DNA of 43,812 nucleotides from Nanobdellota archaeon (GTDB lineage Archaea; Nanobdellota; Nanobdellia; SCGC-AAA011-G17; ARS1403): NCBI GenBank assembly GCA_018831025.1, contig JAHJRB010000059.1, positions 1 to 43,812 of the forward strand, read 5' to 3'. Shown piece by piece: positions 43,740 to 43,812 of this stretch (position 1 is its first letter; each line of letters starts with the position of its first letter). The notes under the pieces were generated by a model. It saw only the letters and a program-made list of their open reading frames with translations, ran no database searches and was not told where the DNA came from. The position numbers and the translations under genes were made by a program.

Positions 43740-43810
43740 GGGAAAGTTTTAGAAAAGTTAAAGAAAAAAGATAAAGGTAAGGAGCAAAAAGGATTGGGAG
43801 ATTTTATTTA
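43740..43810 (+). pseudogene. detached copy of the fen1 3' end (PIP-box coding remnant)
   Basis: ...GKVLEKLKKKDKGKEQKGLGDFI* versus the fen1 tail EKVLEKLKKKDKKKEQKGLGDFIK*. 34 nt are identical (42171-42204 = 43742-43775), then about 25/33 match. An in-frame TGA lies immediately upstream (43734-43736). Confidence 0.6.
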
Positions 43811-43812
43811 AC

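Noticed and set aside
1-43812. Stop-codon reassignment, prompted by the NIKD variant of aRF1
   Set aside because: TAA, TAG and TGA all end well-conserved genes at the expected C-termini. I noticed no in-frame stops inside conserved domains.
1-43812. CRISPR arrays, rRNA genes, transposase/integrase genes
   Set aside because: No regularly spaced direct repeats, no rRNA-like conserved stretches and no recognisable DDE, tyrosine or serine recombinase motifs were seen in any ORF.

Overview
This is an AT-rich (about 30% GC by eye), tightly packed archaeal segment. It carries archaeal housekeeping genes: ribosomal proteins S3Ae, S15, S19e, L39e and L31e, a histone, aRF1, SRP54/FtsY, ScpB, Bud32, a RecJ/GAN-like DHH protein, ValRS, MetAP, Cdc48, family-B DNA polymerase and FEN1. 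Short genes, overlapping gene ends and several bacterial-type additions suggest a DPANN-like ultrasmall archaeon; that assignment is inference. The main observations are:
1. The tRNA-Phe(GAA) gene at 25485-25681 appears to be split by five bulge-helix-bulge (BHB) introns. Removing them leaves an exact 74-nt cloverleaf. The tRNA-Gln(UUG) gene at 6960-7072 has two BHB introns.
2. There are three LAGLIDADG endonucleases: inteins in cdc48 and polB, and a free-standing gene whose 3' end runs antisense into tRNA-Phe.
3. A glycan island of about 10 kb (7757-17532) encodes a bacterial-type nucleotide-heptose pathway. It has HldD, an HldC-like transferase, GmhB, two HldA-like kinases (one fused to a PMI-type cupin), a GT9 heptosyltransferase and GT2/GT4 enzymes. 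No SIS-type GmhA is visible. An RHH plus HTH/basic-repeat/Vsr-like nuclease cassette interrupts the operon.
4. fen1 is bracketed by degenerate copies of its own 5' and 3' ends. Inserted cassettes lie between them: an AbrB-like gene with a 64-aa ORF upstream, and an Arch_ATPase/DUF234 gene downstream.
5. A 47-nt GC-rich element fused to a TATA box occurs twice in inverted orientation. One copy sits in front of a candidate ncRNA and the other in front of the free-standing LAGLIDADG gene.
6. An SLT-type lytic transglycosylase is present in an archaeal context.
No rRNA genes or CRISPR arrays were seen. All calls come from reading the sequence and from remembered family motifs; no searches were run.
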